From: Patellaria atrata CBS 101060
Lineage: Eukaryota
Assembly: GCA_010093705.1 (NCBI GenBank)
Contig: MU006108.1
Location: 62,001 to 126,000, forward strand
DNA length: 64,000 bases
Direction: 5' to 3'
Below the pieces are notes generated by a model that worked only from the letters and a program-made list of their open reading frames with translations, was not told where the DNA came from and ran no database searches. Within the stretch, counting starts at the first letter, position 1. Each line of letters begins with the position of its first letter. The position numbers and the translations under genes are program-made. Below, piece by piece: positions 26,112 to 39,900 of the stretch.

Positions 26112-27389
26112 TCACAGTTCATCTTTCTCAGGCGGCGGCTCCTCCCACATCCTCTTCTTCTGATTTCTCGGCGCATCTGACTCCTTTAGTTCGTTTCCAT
26201 CTCCTCGAGCGGGAGTCTTGGATGTTTTTTTATCCTCTCCTGCGACTTGAGAACCTTCACTGTTCTCAGCAATTTGACCTACTTCTCGCGAAAGACTGCC
26301 TTCAGGACTTGGATCTAGGTCTTGCTTAGCTCCAGTCCCGCCAGCTCTGGTACGTACAGTTGCCGGTTTATCAGCCATATTATATGAAGGAGGACCTTTT
26401 TCCGCGCTCGGTTTAATGATTAGACTGCTTCCGGTGGATGTTAATGTATGATTGACGGTAACCGAACTGCCGACCAGTCCAACACTACTCAATGTCCAAG
26501 ATAACAACCTATAACAGGACTTTAACGGGAGCCAAACAAGCCACCAAAGAGGACCATAGAAGAATCGTCGATATACCAACCAGATAATGGTACACAGTAG
26601 TATGTAAAAGGCGGTTTCGAGGTACCACGTGTCGCTTTTCTGACTACGTAGAAGAACGCCTAAAAGGTTCCTTGAAGAGGAAAGCAGATCGCCTAGACTC
26701 GTATACTGTTCAGATAGTTGGGCGAGAGCGGCTGTACTCTGGTCTAACGTTTCTTGAGCGAACTGGGAGCGAGAAAGCTCCGATTGCATAAGCTGATGGG
26801 TACGTCTTAAAGCAGCAGTGACGTCGCTCGAAGCCTGAACTTCTAGCTCTTCTTTTGTTAACTGTTGATTACCACGACGGCGGGATGGTGTGTTCTCGTT
26901 GTTGCCTTCCTGTATATTAGTGAAAAGAAGACTCCGCTCTTTTGCCTTAGCTGCTTCCGCGTTACGTTTTGCTGTCAATTGCGCAGACCTGAACTGGGCA
27001 CGGGAACTATATATCCGAAGTTAGACACCTTAAACTGATGAGAAGAATCAGGAGCCGCTTGCATACTGTCGCAAATCCTCGCCTAATTTTGCAAGTTGTA
27101 CCGCGATCCTAGACCGTTCTCTGTCTTTCTCACTTCCCTTTCTTCTATCCGCGATACTGGACGCTAGGTCGTTAAATTCTTGCCGTAGGATCTCTAGTTC
27201 TTCTTCTTGTTGCTTGAGGTTATCGTGGATCTCTGCACTTAATTCCACCCTGACATCATTGGTATCGTCGTCGAGAGGTGTAGAGCCCGGTTGAAAATTG
27301 AGCTTCGAAAGACGGTGTATTAGCAGAACTACAGATTTATTCGAATCGGTAAGGTGGGCGATTCGGGCATTGAGTGACTGGGTTGTCAT
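26112..27389 (-). CDS. SEC20: ER Qb-SNARE Sec20 (405 aa)
   Basis: Exons 27389-27067, 27006-26112; SNARE motif SSDVTAALRRTHQLMQSELSRSQFAQETL followed by KSDTWYL and a TM segment. Confidence 0.9.
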
Positions 27390-27812
27390 TGTTCTTTCAA
27401 AGGGAGCTCTCCACGTAGGCTGGTTTCCTTTTCAGATGCAAGATGGGGGTCCAAGAAGCCGGAAAAATAAAATCCCATAGAACTACTGAAATAGCGTAAG
27501 TGGTCAGTGTGGACAGACCTAGACACTGGCGCCGGGAGCAGGACGACAATGAGAGAAGATGTAAAAGTACACCAGTAATTGTTAGCCAATGCAGGATCGC
27601 GCCTTTGAGTCTGTGGTATAGATTATTTGAAGGTAGGTCATTTAGGTTTCCGTTGATATTCTAACGCATCACTGACAATGCGGTAGTTTATAATACCTTC
27701 GTACCGTCTCTGCTCCGAAGATCGAACACTCTGAGATCTCCCCATTTCCCCTTTCCTCCACGATCGGAGCATATATACAATTGGAAAATAGTGAGATTCA
27801 AGGACCATTGAA

Positions 27813-28192
27813 ATGATAACGCGCTTTCTCACCGATGTAACCGTCCGCTTTAACCCTTTCACGGCGCCCGCAAAGACAGCACGGACATTTCTTGCACATC
27901 TTCCACCAAATGCGCGCTCCAATATGAAAATCAACACAGCGCTTTTACCGCGCACTGCAACAGGTCCAACGAAATTATTTCTTAAATTCAGTATGTGGAC
28001 AAGTTGGAGCTACAAACCAATGATATAGCAACATGCTCACTTAGTTGTATATCTGCTAATACAGGAGTTTGCACAGAAGACGGCAAGGAAATGGATCTTG
28101 ATCTTGATAAATTGAAGATCAAAGACGTTATGGTGGAAGTGGACAGGCATGCAAGATTACTATCAAGGCAGGAAGAGCTGTCGGGTAGCTGA
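27813..28192 (+). CDS. MRPL44: Mitochondrial large ribosomal subunit protein mL53 (97 aa)
   Basis: Exons 27813-27990, 28077-28192: MITRFLTDVTVRFNPF...LKFKDGKEM...EVDRHARLLSRQEEL. Confidence 0.9.
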
Positions 28193-28375
28193 TTCGATTG
28201 GCGACTAGTGAAGCATTCTTCGGAGTCTTTGTAGCATTTAGGCAGGGTTATTCGGAACTCGAATTGAAAGATTCTCATCAATCAACTATAATCCCTTGTT
28301 CAGATTTTGTTACTACTTTTGGGTACTTTAAGATGTCAATCAACCACACCGTTTCCTCGCGCAAACGCTGGAGGT

Positions 28376-29839
28376 CTATGCTGACGGTGCTCCAGAGATA
28401 AAGAACCATTTATCAATGCTGGAATCGATGGGCGCAGGAGGGAGATTCTCGCCCCTTGGAATGTTAAGGCTGTTGGGGTCGACCCGATCGGGGGAATGAG
28501 GGACTTGGACATTCGTGCTATAATAACGAATCAGCTAGCTACCCTATTAGATTGGGTGAGAAAATGGTTCTTACAGTGAGATTTGGCCTTTCTGCGACTT
28601 CCCGGTGATTAACTTCTCCCAAGCTTCGGCACATTCGCGAATAATGTCCGTTGCGTACCTGTCATAGTCAGTTATTGGTTCGCGGAATAGAAATGCTCAA
28701 TTTACACACTTCTTGTTCTTGCACTCTCCGGAGAATGCGAATTGGTTCTCTGGCTTGCCGTCGGGAATCTTATAGATACGGAACCATTCGTTCGTAGCCC
28801 GAAGTAAGCCTGGCAAGTGTCGTTCGACATCCTCAATATCGTTCAGCTTGGGTGCTAAGGGGTCGTTGATGTCGATGACGATGATCTTCCAATCCGTCTC
28901 TTCTTCGTCCAACAATGCCATGACCCCCAAAACCTTGACTTGTTTAACTTCACCCGGTTTGCCCACAATTTCACCAATCTCGCATACGTCAAGCGGGTCG
29001 TTATCTCCTTTTGCCTTGGTTTCCGGATGGACAACATTGGGGTCCTCCCAAGTCTACAAGTTATTTAGTAATGACATCCATATTTTCTTTTTTATCTGAT
29101 GACGCACCTGGGGGAACGCTCCGTAGTTCCAAAGGTAACCCTTATGGGGAAAGCAGTTCCGCACGTATCGAAGTTTGCCCTTCTTAATATCTTGCTTGAT
29201 AGGGTTAAGGGTCTCTTCTTTGGAGATCTACCGGGTAGGGACCACATTAGCGGGTAGGCTCAACTTCGTAAATGGCGATACATGTTATGGGAGGTTGTAA
29301 GGGCAGGGTAAGCATACCTCCATCTTAGCATTGGTCCACCGGGGCACCTCAACGATCATGTTGAAGACTGTCTGCTGCTCGTTGGCATACAGAGGAATGT
29401 CGTGAAAGGGTGAGAGGGGAACGCCATCTTTTTCGATGAAGATGCGGTGCTCCAAAGTGTTAGGGGCGCCAATTTTCCTCGCGGTGTAGGTGGAGGGGGC
29501 TTTTGAGTGGTAACCTTTTTCAGAGATGGGAAGAGAAGCCATTGCAGCAGTGGTGTGTCGTGAAGGTGAAAAGGATGAAGAATTGAGAAGATGTCCAGCG
29601 ACCTGGCTTGCTCTTGATTGAATTTTATCGACCTTGGCAGAATTGGTGGTGGTGGTGGTGGGGTAATGGCGATATGGATTTGACGTGGCCAGTGTAGCAA
29701 ACGTCACGGCAGGAAGTCCGCATGAGACTGCCTGCACTCGAGCTTGTATTATGGGACTACTGGAACTAGTGAATGATGTGCTCTTTATCCGCGGGGTCAA
29801 GAGAATTCTCTGAGGACATGACAACCGAAATACGACCAT
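28376..29839 (-). CDS. IPP1: Inorganic pyrophosphatase (family I) with N-terminal extension; second in-frame ATG at 29542
   Basis: Exons 29839-29318, 29227-29108, 29053-28710, 28658-28575, 28517-28376; [45 protein letters not shown]. Confidence 0.96.
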
Positions 29840-30290
29840 GCAGGCTCATTAAAAGTAGAAGTTGATAAAAAACTCGGGTGTTTATGTACGGATGGAAGAG
29901 ATGGTAATGCAATTGATACCTTGAGCTATCCCGTCTCCACTTGGTTTGACGTTTATTGTACAATACAGTACACCTCAGTATTATGGATTGTTCTCAGCCC
30001 GAGGACCAACGGAAGAAAAACAAGGGGAAACATGCACGCTGAGGTCAAAATAACCTGGAAACTTTCCATTTTGGTGCACACGCTAATGAGATCTACCTTA
30101 CTGACTAGCACCAGAATGGAAAAGCATACAGTTCACTACCTTACCTTATGGTGACCAGTGAAGTATCCATCCCTACTGTCTGAATATATATTGAGCCATC
30201 GTTTGAGAGAAAATACGGGACGTCACTATAACAACGAGGGGTTTCGGATTGTGCACAAAATAAAAAGAAGCTATCCTATATGCTCAGAGC

Positions 30291-32430
30291 TCAATATAAT
30301 CTATTCGGGCGCCAAAAGTTCTGAAACCTTTCATCGAGAAACAGCCCTTCTCTCGTCATCAGGGGTTCTTCTGGAATTGTTCGCTCTTCAAATATGGCTG
30401 ACTCCGTTACCTCGCATTCATCGTCCTGACACGGAAGTAGCACGCTGACTCCCTCTTCCAGCCCTTCCGCTCCGATATCAATAGCATCAATCTCGCCCCC
30501 ACCCTCAGCGCCCAGAAACTCGTATTGTCCTTCGTTAAACCCCAGGTCAAACTCGCCGTAGTCTATATGCGTGTTATTATCATGTGGAATAGCGAATATA
30601 AACGTGTCGTCTCCGACGTAGTCATTCACTGCACCGAGATTCTCATCATAAGGTTCATCAAACTGGTCGTAAATTCGTGGATACCTGATATGGGAATGCT
30701 GAATGTCATCATCAGCTAGATTCTGGGGTTGGTAGTTTGCCGCGTATGTGTCTTGAGCGTCGACATCATTCCCTGGCACATCAAAAGCTGCATCACACCG
30801 TTTAAGCAGCTGGCCGAGTGAGGAGGATGTAGCAGGGTCTACCCTGTCACGAGTTTTATCTGGTTGACCTCGTTTCACATCGGGAGAGCAACGTCGTTCA
30901 GGGGTTTCCTTGCGTATCTTGTTAGAATTAGTCTCAGAGCTTTGAGTTCTTACATCCGGAGGTTGATGTGACAATCGCCCTCCATCATTCTTTGAATAGA
31001 TAGGCGTTTCTACGGCGGAATAGCGATGATGTTCGGCGACCAGCATTTCTTTCAAATCTTGTCCGCTCCTGATCGGTTCTCTATTCCTTTGGAGGTGATT
31101 CAACCGTATCGTTGCACCCCTTTCCATAACATGAGATTGACTACCATGTCGGCTGGGCAAGGTCTCGTCAGATGGCCGAAACGATCCCGAGTCTGTAGGT
31201 GCTGAGGATGGGCCCCGATTATGAACAACCCGCCCCTGGTTAATATGAATTTGAAGCGGACTGTTCTCATCTAGCTGACCGACATGTATAGCAGAGAAAT
31301 CCCGTGGGAATACCTTATGTCCTTTAGATTGAGGGTTGGATTCAGACCAGGTGAAAGGGGTCTCCCCCGTCGAACTTTTTCTTGAATCGTACTGTTCAAC
31401 GACGGAACTTTCCCGTGCTTCCACAGTTGGAATAACTGTATGTACCGATTCCCTACCTAATGACGATCTGTACGTTCGTATTTTATGATCTCTTTTCGAG
31501 TCTCCCAGCGGATGCTTTGTGGGTAGTTTTTGCACGTTACCGGCGTTCTCAGCCCGTGAGACTTTCTTGGTAGCGAAGTACCCAGATATTTCGTAGTTAT
31601 TTGATCTTTTTCGATCTCTGTTCCTATCTTTCTTTCCGCTTGCTCTACTCATCTCCGTCGGGTTGAGCTCATGGCCGGCTTGTCTGGGCTTTTGAAGGAA
31701 CCTCATCTCGGAAAAAGTAAGGTCAGGTACTGTAAGTACGAACCTTAGCTTTCGTTGCTCACGGCGGATTCATTTCAAAGGAGGATACTTACAGCCGCGA
31801 CCCTTATGCGGAGAGGATGCGCGACCTCTCCCGAACATTCCCACTGGCGCGCATTGTTTTAACTAAAAGGTTTCCGATCAGCGTACGCTTCAAGAACACA
31901 GTCCGCTTGGAGCGTACGGTTAGACGTTCACTGGCTACATTCTTTGCGCGAAAAGCTTGAACAAGTCCAGTTCCTTGCCTGTCCTCTTTTCTTTTTCGTG
32001 TCTTTCGTTTGGATTTTCTCCTCTTGCCGTTTCCACCGTCATTAACAGGTTTCGCTCGAGACTTCTCTTTCACTTCGTAGAGATCAGGTCGGGTCTTATG
32101 ACGAGGCTTCCGCTGGTACTTGTTTGACGGAGTGGAACTCTCTGAAGCGCTGCTTCCGGGATCGAGAAGGGCATCGGATGAGGTCTTTAATAGTTTTTCC
32201 TCTGCATCAGAATCTATATCTCCCCTGAGGGAACGTTTACACGCAGGCTGTGCTTGGAGCAAAGAGCTGTCTGTATGTGAACGTTTCCGCTTGCTACGTC
32301 CAGTGGGTGGTAGGTCTGCTGCAGCACCTCGTCCAGCTAAGAAAGGATGAAGACCGAGTTCGTGAAGAGTTTCGGCTTCTTCATCTATCTTAGTTTGCTC
32401 AATCCATTTTTGAATGCGGATTTTGTCCAT
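30291..32430 (-). CDS. Low-complexity hypothetical protein (673 aa, 3 exons)
   Basis: Exons 32430-31918, 31862-31793, 31729-30291 join in frame; short conserved-looking blocks RKPRHKTRPDLYE, GRGLPDLTFSEMRFL, C-terminal FWRPNRLY; basic NLS-like tracts. Confidence 0.8.
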
Positions 32431-35050
32431 CGGTCAATGCTCAACGATAATGCAGAGGTCCACCGTCTGATCTAAGGTAAGGACGGGATTGAGAGGTCAT
32501 GATAGGCAGGAAGGCGACAGAAGGTGTGACTTCCTCTTCTAGCAATCAGTTTGAGTCCCCTCATTCCGTTCTATCTTGCCGACGTAAGGTACTTTGTGAG
32601 GCACCTAACAACCACATCTCCTCCGTTGGCACTTTTATTTCCCCCCTTTTTACTGAAAAGAACCAACATAAAGTAACCATACGGAATTCAATTCCGTTGG
32701 ACGTAGCACCGTTCCATACTGGAGGTCCATCGAAAGACGATAGCAGGCGCCACAGAATACCTACAGCCCAAACCTCCCAGGGAGCACAAGAGCTGGGTCA
32801 AAATATAATGGGAGCGATTGCCAGAGGGCAGAAGCGGATGTTTCTTCCGGGATGAGTGTTAATAAGGTACAGTCACCGATGGATGGATGAGTAATTACGG
32901 CGACGGATGCGACTGGAAGTATTTTGCAGCTTTTGTTCTAATCCATGCTACGGAGAGGATTCATCAGTCTCGCCGCACTTCGCAAAAACTTGATTTGAGA
33001 GCGAATTGAGCGCATGAGGATGAAAGCTCAGCTCCTTCAGCCGTACTGTCGACAGGCCAATCTCCAAGCGCCAACGCTCCGTGATATATCTAGCATTCCA
33101 GCAGCTTAGGTTACAAGCGTGCACAAGCTGAAGACCTTTGGTGGTTGAACCAAGTCGTCGTTGACGAAAGCGGTAGGGCCTACGTCCCAGGTGAGGGAAG
33201 CCGGGGCTTCCCCTTAGAACTAGAACTAACGGGCATGGGGGGGACTCTCGCATTCGCAGAGACCTTGATCCGAACGCACACCAACTCCTTGTCCTTTCTC
33301 CTCCACAAAGCGAAGTTGATAAACCTCCTCTTAACCTCACGCAATCGGTACGTCTCTGTTGGGCTTCCCCTAATACCCTTGCTCTGTTCTCCACCTCTTC
33401 TCCCAGTTTCTTACTGTTATTATGGCCGCGAACGATGATGATAGCCGCATGTATCCGTCCAAGTCGGTAACCCAGTACCAACGCTACAGAGGGATCGATC
33501 GCACTTCAAAGTCTTGAGAGCTGCAGCCGCCGCAAGGGGCCGTCAGGTTTCTTCGGAAGTACAAGAGGGACCCTGCTTCAGAAAGTGTTACCGTATTGTG
33601 CTAGATGGCGCAAGGATGGATGGTCATGTCGAGCACTTAGGACTCGCTTTGCCCAGCTGCGAGTGTATACTGGCAAGTGTGGCATTACTGCAGCAGGTTG
33701 GGCTGGCCTCTTCTTGGGCTTGCATTCTGCTGCACCATATCAGGTCTAGACGAGTTCGAGGGTCAACTCTTTTCTGCAGACTCTGTTGCTTCAACCCCGG
33801 CTGTATCCTACCATTGGCTTCAACAGCTGGGCCTTATAAGGATTGGCCGCATGATCCAGATAGCACGGGATGGCTGTCAATATGCCTCTTCGCACCACTC
33901 GCGACGAGCAACACCAGAATCAACTTACCACATCCACCAACCAGAAAATTTCCTGGCAAAAGTACAGTTTGGACCGATGGACGGAGTTGGACCCAGATAC
34001 ATTGCATTAAACTAGCATAACAAGCATAACAGTGGTGTGAGATAATAGTCAACAGTGAGAGCATGTCGTTAAGATTGAAGACATCATCAGTATCATCGGT
34101 TTCGTTCGAGCTACAGTACAGTACCAAACGGAGTACAAAGTAACTCCAAACTGTTTGTACTGTACAGTGCCTTCCACTCGATCAATCCACGCTTTCTTGA
34201 GAAGTCATCAGAGTTCATCCATCCTACCTTAAGCTACCTTATTAGAACGTTGAGCCGCGCACTCTTTCTGTCGCATCTAGGCGTCGGGTGCTTGCATCAT
34301 CAAGCGCACTCATCCATCACTCTTTTCATTCTTCCTCTTCCTTTCTGTTTGCCCCAAAACGTTTGTTGCTGTGTGACTGGACGATCAGTTTGCCCGGCCC
34401 ATCTTTCATCTATCCTCCAAGCCTTTACTCATCTCCTCCACTACATAATACCCAGCTGGTATTAGATCTTTCGAAGCCCGAACTTCGTTCCTGATCATAA
34501 TTTTATTGGTGACAAGCAAAAAAAGAGGTCAGCTTTTTCCAACTCGTTAGCGCGTACGGTACTGTGCAATACTAGAGGGCTCTACCTTTTATTTTTCTTT
34601 TGCCCCGCGATTGTGAGGTCCAGGTAGTTCTTCATCACCCCCCCCTCTTTACCCACTTCCTCCACCCAACTTGCAACTTCATCCACGATCTGCAGAATCA
34701 ACACCCTCCTTCGTCTACCTCGCAATTCTCCAGCTCGCTCTGGACTTTTGCTCCAAGCCAGATATTGACCCTTTACCAACGCCAGCGCATAAAGATTGTC
34801 AGTCATTTCTTGATAACAACGCTAAACTCCGTCGATCATCCTCACTCACTGTTAACTGCTGCCTTACTACCCAACTTTCCTCACAAAACATCCTTGCATC
34901 ATTCTGCGCTCTGTTTCTACCCATTACTTTTCTACAGCAGCAAGATCTTTGTATTGGAGCTCCACACGCGTCCCCTAATAATCGTCCATACTAACACTTC
35001 ACTATAGCCATCTCTGCGCTTCAGGATACGGTCCGCGAAAACAAACAACA

Positions 35051-35912
35051 ATGTCTAAACTATTCGTAGGGTAAGTGTAAATCATCTTGGATGACCTTTA
35101 GATGGCCATAGAGACTCGTACTGATACCACCTCTCCAGCGGCCTAGCTTGGCACACTGATGACCAAACTTTACGCACCAAATTCGAGGAATTCGGTCAAG
35201 TTGAAGAAGCTGTGCGTGTCGATTCTAAAGTTTTACTACTAATCACTCACTGATGGTGGAAGATCGTCGTCAAGGACCGTGATACGGGCCGCAGCCGTGG
35301 TTTTGGCTTTGTCCGCTTCTCCCAGGAAGCCGAGGCGGATGCCGCCATTCAGTCAATGAACAATGTTGAGTAAGTCAAGGGAATTCATCTAGCTGTTTCC
35401 AATGTCCCCTCTCTGGAAGGAATAGCGTCTTCTCTGAAGTGTCGACCCTTTTCCCTTGCAATTGCTAACTTCATCCAGGTTCGACGGACGCACCATCCGC
35501 GTTGACAAAGCGTCAGAGCGCGCCGGTGGTGGCGGCGGTGGCGGCGGGTTCGGCGGCCGTGGTGGATATAATAATCCTCGCTCTGGTGGAGGGCAGGGTT
35601 ATAACTCTGGATATGGTACGTGTCGACCATCGTTCATTACCGTGTGTCTCTTTAAGAAAATATGCTAACAGTATCAAAAGGTCAACAGGGTGGCGGATAT
35701 CAGCCACGTAATCAGGGTAAGCAAAATTTAACCACCAACATGACATCACCAAATTCGAATTCAATGTACTCATTCGTTACCCAGGCTACGGTGGTGCCGG
35801 TCAATGGGGCGGCGGGAACTATGGTGGCGGAAACTCCTATGTAGGTGGTCAACAGAGCGGATACGACCAAGGCCAGCAGCAAGGCGGTGGTGGTCAGTGG
35901 CAGCAGCAATGA
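35051..35912 (+). CDS. Glycine-rich RNA-binding protein, one RRM plus G/Y/Q tail (166 aa, 6 exons)
   Basis: Exons 35051-35070, 35139-35211, 35263-35369, 35479-35615, 35681-35716, 35785-35912; RNP2 LFVGGL, RNP1 RGFGFVRF. Confidence 0.92.
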
Positions 35913-36955
35913 GTGGATGACGACAGTTTGAGGTTCCGCATTCGCACTGGTTCTTTTCTCGGGTCCATTGGGAAAAAAAAAACATTCATCGGACTCATCT
36001 GGACTCGACCTTTCAACATTACACTATCGTCGAAAGGGCTCTCTGCATCTAGTTTCGAGACGGGGATATGGGATTGAAGACCTCCCGCATTACCATCAAC
36101 CTCTACTGCTCATCATACTTCTACACATACTCCACATTCCTCTTTCCACATTCACTTCACACTTCAAAATCAACAATTCTCCTTACACACGACATTTCTC
36201 ATTCAGGCGGGATGCTTCAGGGCTGGGGTCGGGGCTTTGCGAGACTGCAATAGTGGCAGATGAATTTTCTTCGAAATGTCCTTTCTAATGATGGCTTAAG
36301 GGATGATACCCCAGGTCTACGGAATCGATCACACTTGCTGTTTCTCTGAATGACCCGAACAAAAAAATGCTGAATTGATCCCGCACGACTGAAAACCACC
36401 TTTCTCCACAGAAACCCCCTAAAATCTAACATCCTAGCTTGATGAAAAGAACAGATGGTAAAACCCCTAGATCCCCTTTTACACTTACCAATATCACTCA
36501 CTGGAGTATTTTTACAGAGTATTTTTTTTTTTACAGGCGCCGACAAACTCGCCATTATTCTCTCCTCTCTTGCTACTACCGAAATATCCTCGGTGAATAT
36601 ACGGATTGTCGATCCTCTTGCCCACAATTGGGACTGCTCGAAATTACGTGGAATACAAAACCTTATGCGCTCGATGGACGTTACAGTAAGCATGAGTACA
36701 TGGCACAGAAATAACCGGTTTGTCGCGTGAGTTTCAAGAAGCAGGGAGGACATTGTGGGATGGATGAAAATGAAACATGAGGTGCAATTTCGTCATTTCG
36801 TTACTTATGAACAATCTACACCAGCTCGCTCGCTCCGAACGCTCATCAACATCGTATAGAAACCCAACGCTCAAGCGATCCTTCGTTATTATCCCGCAAC
36901 TGACTACCCATATATACTTCCCGCCTAGCGCTCCGAGGACTCCCCTTTCCACCTC

Positions 36956-39900
36956 TTACCAGAAGATTCTCCACCCAGCCTTCTTCTTCCGCGGCGCGGG
37001 ATACGGTTCCGGCGTCAGACTCCCCTCGCTGTACCTCTCCCTCTCCACACGCTCGAGATACTCGCGCTCGCCCCTCTCGCGCTCACTCATGACCTGCTGC
37101 GCGCGCCGCGAGTGCCCCCGCTCCAATCGTTCGTCGTGCAAGTCAGCCGACTCACGCGACACGCTGGCGCTGCGGTAGCTGTGGCGCTCCGGCTCCGGGA
37201 CGGGGTCATGCGGTTGCGGTTGGTGGCGGGGCATCGTGACGGAGCGACGGGGCGGGGCGATTGCCTGAGCTTGGGGCTGTGAGTGACGGTGCGATGCCGA
37301 ACGCTGCGGTTGGGAGTGGGGGCCGCTGTATGTCTTCGCTCTCGCTGGGGGGCCTGAAGGCGGAGAGGGCGTGTATCTGTCGCCCTCGTCGTAGCGATCG
37401 TCGTGGTCGTAATCCGGTTCCCTCTTCTTCCGGGAGCCGAATAGGCTGAAGCGGCGTTTTGGCTTTGCGGGTTCGTACTCGTAGTCGTCGTACAGTACGT
37501 CGCCGGTCTCGCGGTGAGCATGTGTCGGATCGATGGAGTGATCGTGGGGTGTGCCGGCTGGAGTGACTTCCTCGCTTTCGTCAAAGCCACCGCCGGATGG
37601 TCCGACGTCGTGAGACCTTTTGTTCTTACCATGACTGAAGAGACTCTTCAGGAGACCCTTCTTCTCGTAGTCGAGTGCATTTAGGTCTCCCTCACCCCGA
37701 TATTCAAGCGCCGGTACGAGTAGCCGATACGGCGTCGTGATTCCGGAAGGATCATGCTGGTTCACCTCAACATTGAGCACTATGTCCAATCCATGCTCCA
37801 GATTTATAACCCCAGCATTCTCCAAATTGGATCCACCGCCTTTGAGCGCGGCCTTTTCGGATAGACCAGTTGGGCGGCGATGGAAGGGATTAGGACGAGG
37901 AATATCTCCCGCAGTAGTGTCTGGAAAATATGACCCCGAGCCGTCTGCTGGTCTGGGGATAACGTCTGCACTTGCGCGGCGTCGGGATCCCTCAGGTCTG
38001 CTTCCTGCCAAGGTTGAGTCTTGAGACATGCTGTTATGATATGATGATGGCGGAGCCCCTCTATTAGAAAGCCTGCGGACCAACCCACCTGGGGTAAAGT
38101 CTTTTCGCGTCAGCGATAACGTGCGGGACAATCTAGGGCCTCTTTGAGACGGCGATGGCGACTGTGGAGGAGGAGACGGTGGCGGTGTAGATCCGGGCTC
38201 ATACTCGCGCAGGGAACACCAATTGCGACGAGGAAGGAGATGTTGGTTGTTCCTTGGTTTCCCATCCACATCATGGGTGAATATAGGGATCATGTCCTCG
38301 TCAGTCTCATGATCGAGATGGTGGATTTTGTTCCGCTTGTTCAAAATATCTGCCATCATATCGGGAGGAGGAGTATTGACTATGGCAGACGATATGACGT
38401 TCGGCATGTACCTATGATCACAGTCCTTGGGTATCCCAAGTTTCTTGTTACTGAAGAATTGCCCAACCGCTGCTAGATGAACATCACCACCCAGGATGGT
38501 GATGCGGACCGACTTTTCGGCTGCTATTTCCTGCAGTTCTTGGATGAACCAGTTACGTTCACTCTTATGGTGCTTTGCAGTCCAGTGATCGTCCAGATCA
38601 TCCAAGATCTCAACTCCGCCGTCAAATTTATTGACAAACCCACCAAGCAAACCTGTGCGGCCTAGGGCTTTTATAGGATCCATCATACGAGAGGTAAGAA
38701 CATTTTCCAAGAAATTGAGTCGTGGGTATGCAATTGGCTATTGAAGAATCAGCATGGTATCTTGTCAGAAGGTTTTAAATATTCTTACCACTCCTAAAAG
38801 GACGATAAGGTGCCTTGTCTCGCCCTTGATGATTTCTCGTCGCAACCGATCGAAAACGAGATCGTATGTAGCTTGGGTTAGGATTGAGTCTCGCTGTCTC
38901 TCCATGCGGCAGTCCAGGCCAAGGAAAGCAACATTACGGCCCAAAAACATGAACAGATTGCGACTCAACTGATTGATATATGGGCCGGGGGAATCGCCCA
39001 AAAGCCAGGAAGGTTCGTGCTCCTGTAACTCTTCTGGAAGACTTTGATGCTGGAAAAGCATATAGTACTTATAAGCTACTGCACCCAATCCTGTAAAAAC
39101 TTTAGTACTCATGAAATGATGAGGATATGAACCAAAGCCCTGAAAGAGGTTAGTAATATATATTAAGATGGGTTTCCAGTTACTTACGTCGATAATGTCA
39201 TGATCATCCCAAATATTGATCATAGGAATTTGGGAATTGGCCATCCCAAACAGCCCTTGAGAGAACCACATGGCATATCGATTGAGATAAAAGTCCTCTA
39301 ATTCATCCTGCATCTCCCGAGTGAATTGTGCTGAGTGCTTGTGTAGAGCATTTTTGGTTACTGTCCATTCTTGGAACAGCTTCGTCTGCTTCATAGCAGC
39401 ATCGTTGTAGATCTGGTCTCCACCTCCTATCATAACGTGAAAAGGACGTGTCTGGTGGGTGTTCAAGACGTCTCGCCACATCGGATCTGGGCCAGAGAAT
39501 TGATTGGAGTCTACACTGAGACTGAAACCATTGCAGCTGTGGAACATCATATTCATCGTTTGTCCCTTTGCTGGTACCCAGAAGCCAATTGCTGGACCAC
39601 GGTTGATACGATATGCAATTCGACGTTGCTTTGATCCCAACTCCACTTCTATACTGAAGCGCCAGAAGGTCACGCCTCTCTCAGCATATAATCGAATGCC
39701 TTTTACCTCCTTGTACTTTCCTAGTTTCTCGCCATCTTTGGAACGTATTCGAGATCTCAATCGCTGGTTTTGTTTTCCTTGTAATTTGTGGGCACTGTCG
39801 TTGCTGTGCGTATTGCTTCGTTTTTCTTCGAAGAGACCACTATCATCCTCAATGCGAGAGAGGTCCGTGTTTTCGGTCAAATCTTCTACAGGGCGAACGA

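Noticed and set aside
28340..28378. Stop readthrough of IPP1 to a peroxisomal PTS1
   Set aside because: The stop context is TAG-ACC, not TGA-CTA, and the extension ends RCG, which is not SKL-like
32948..34127. Overlapping ORFs and splice-like signals between the hypothetical gene and the RRM gene
   Set aside because: Trial splicing gave no coherent open frame or recognisable motif
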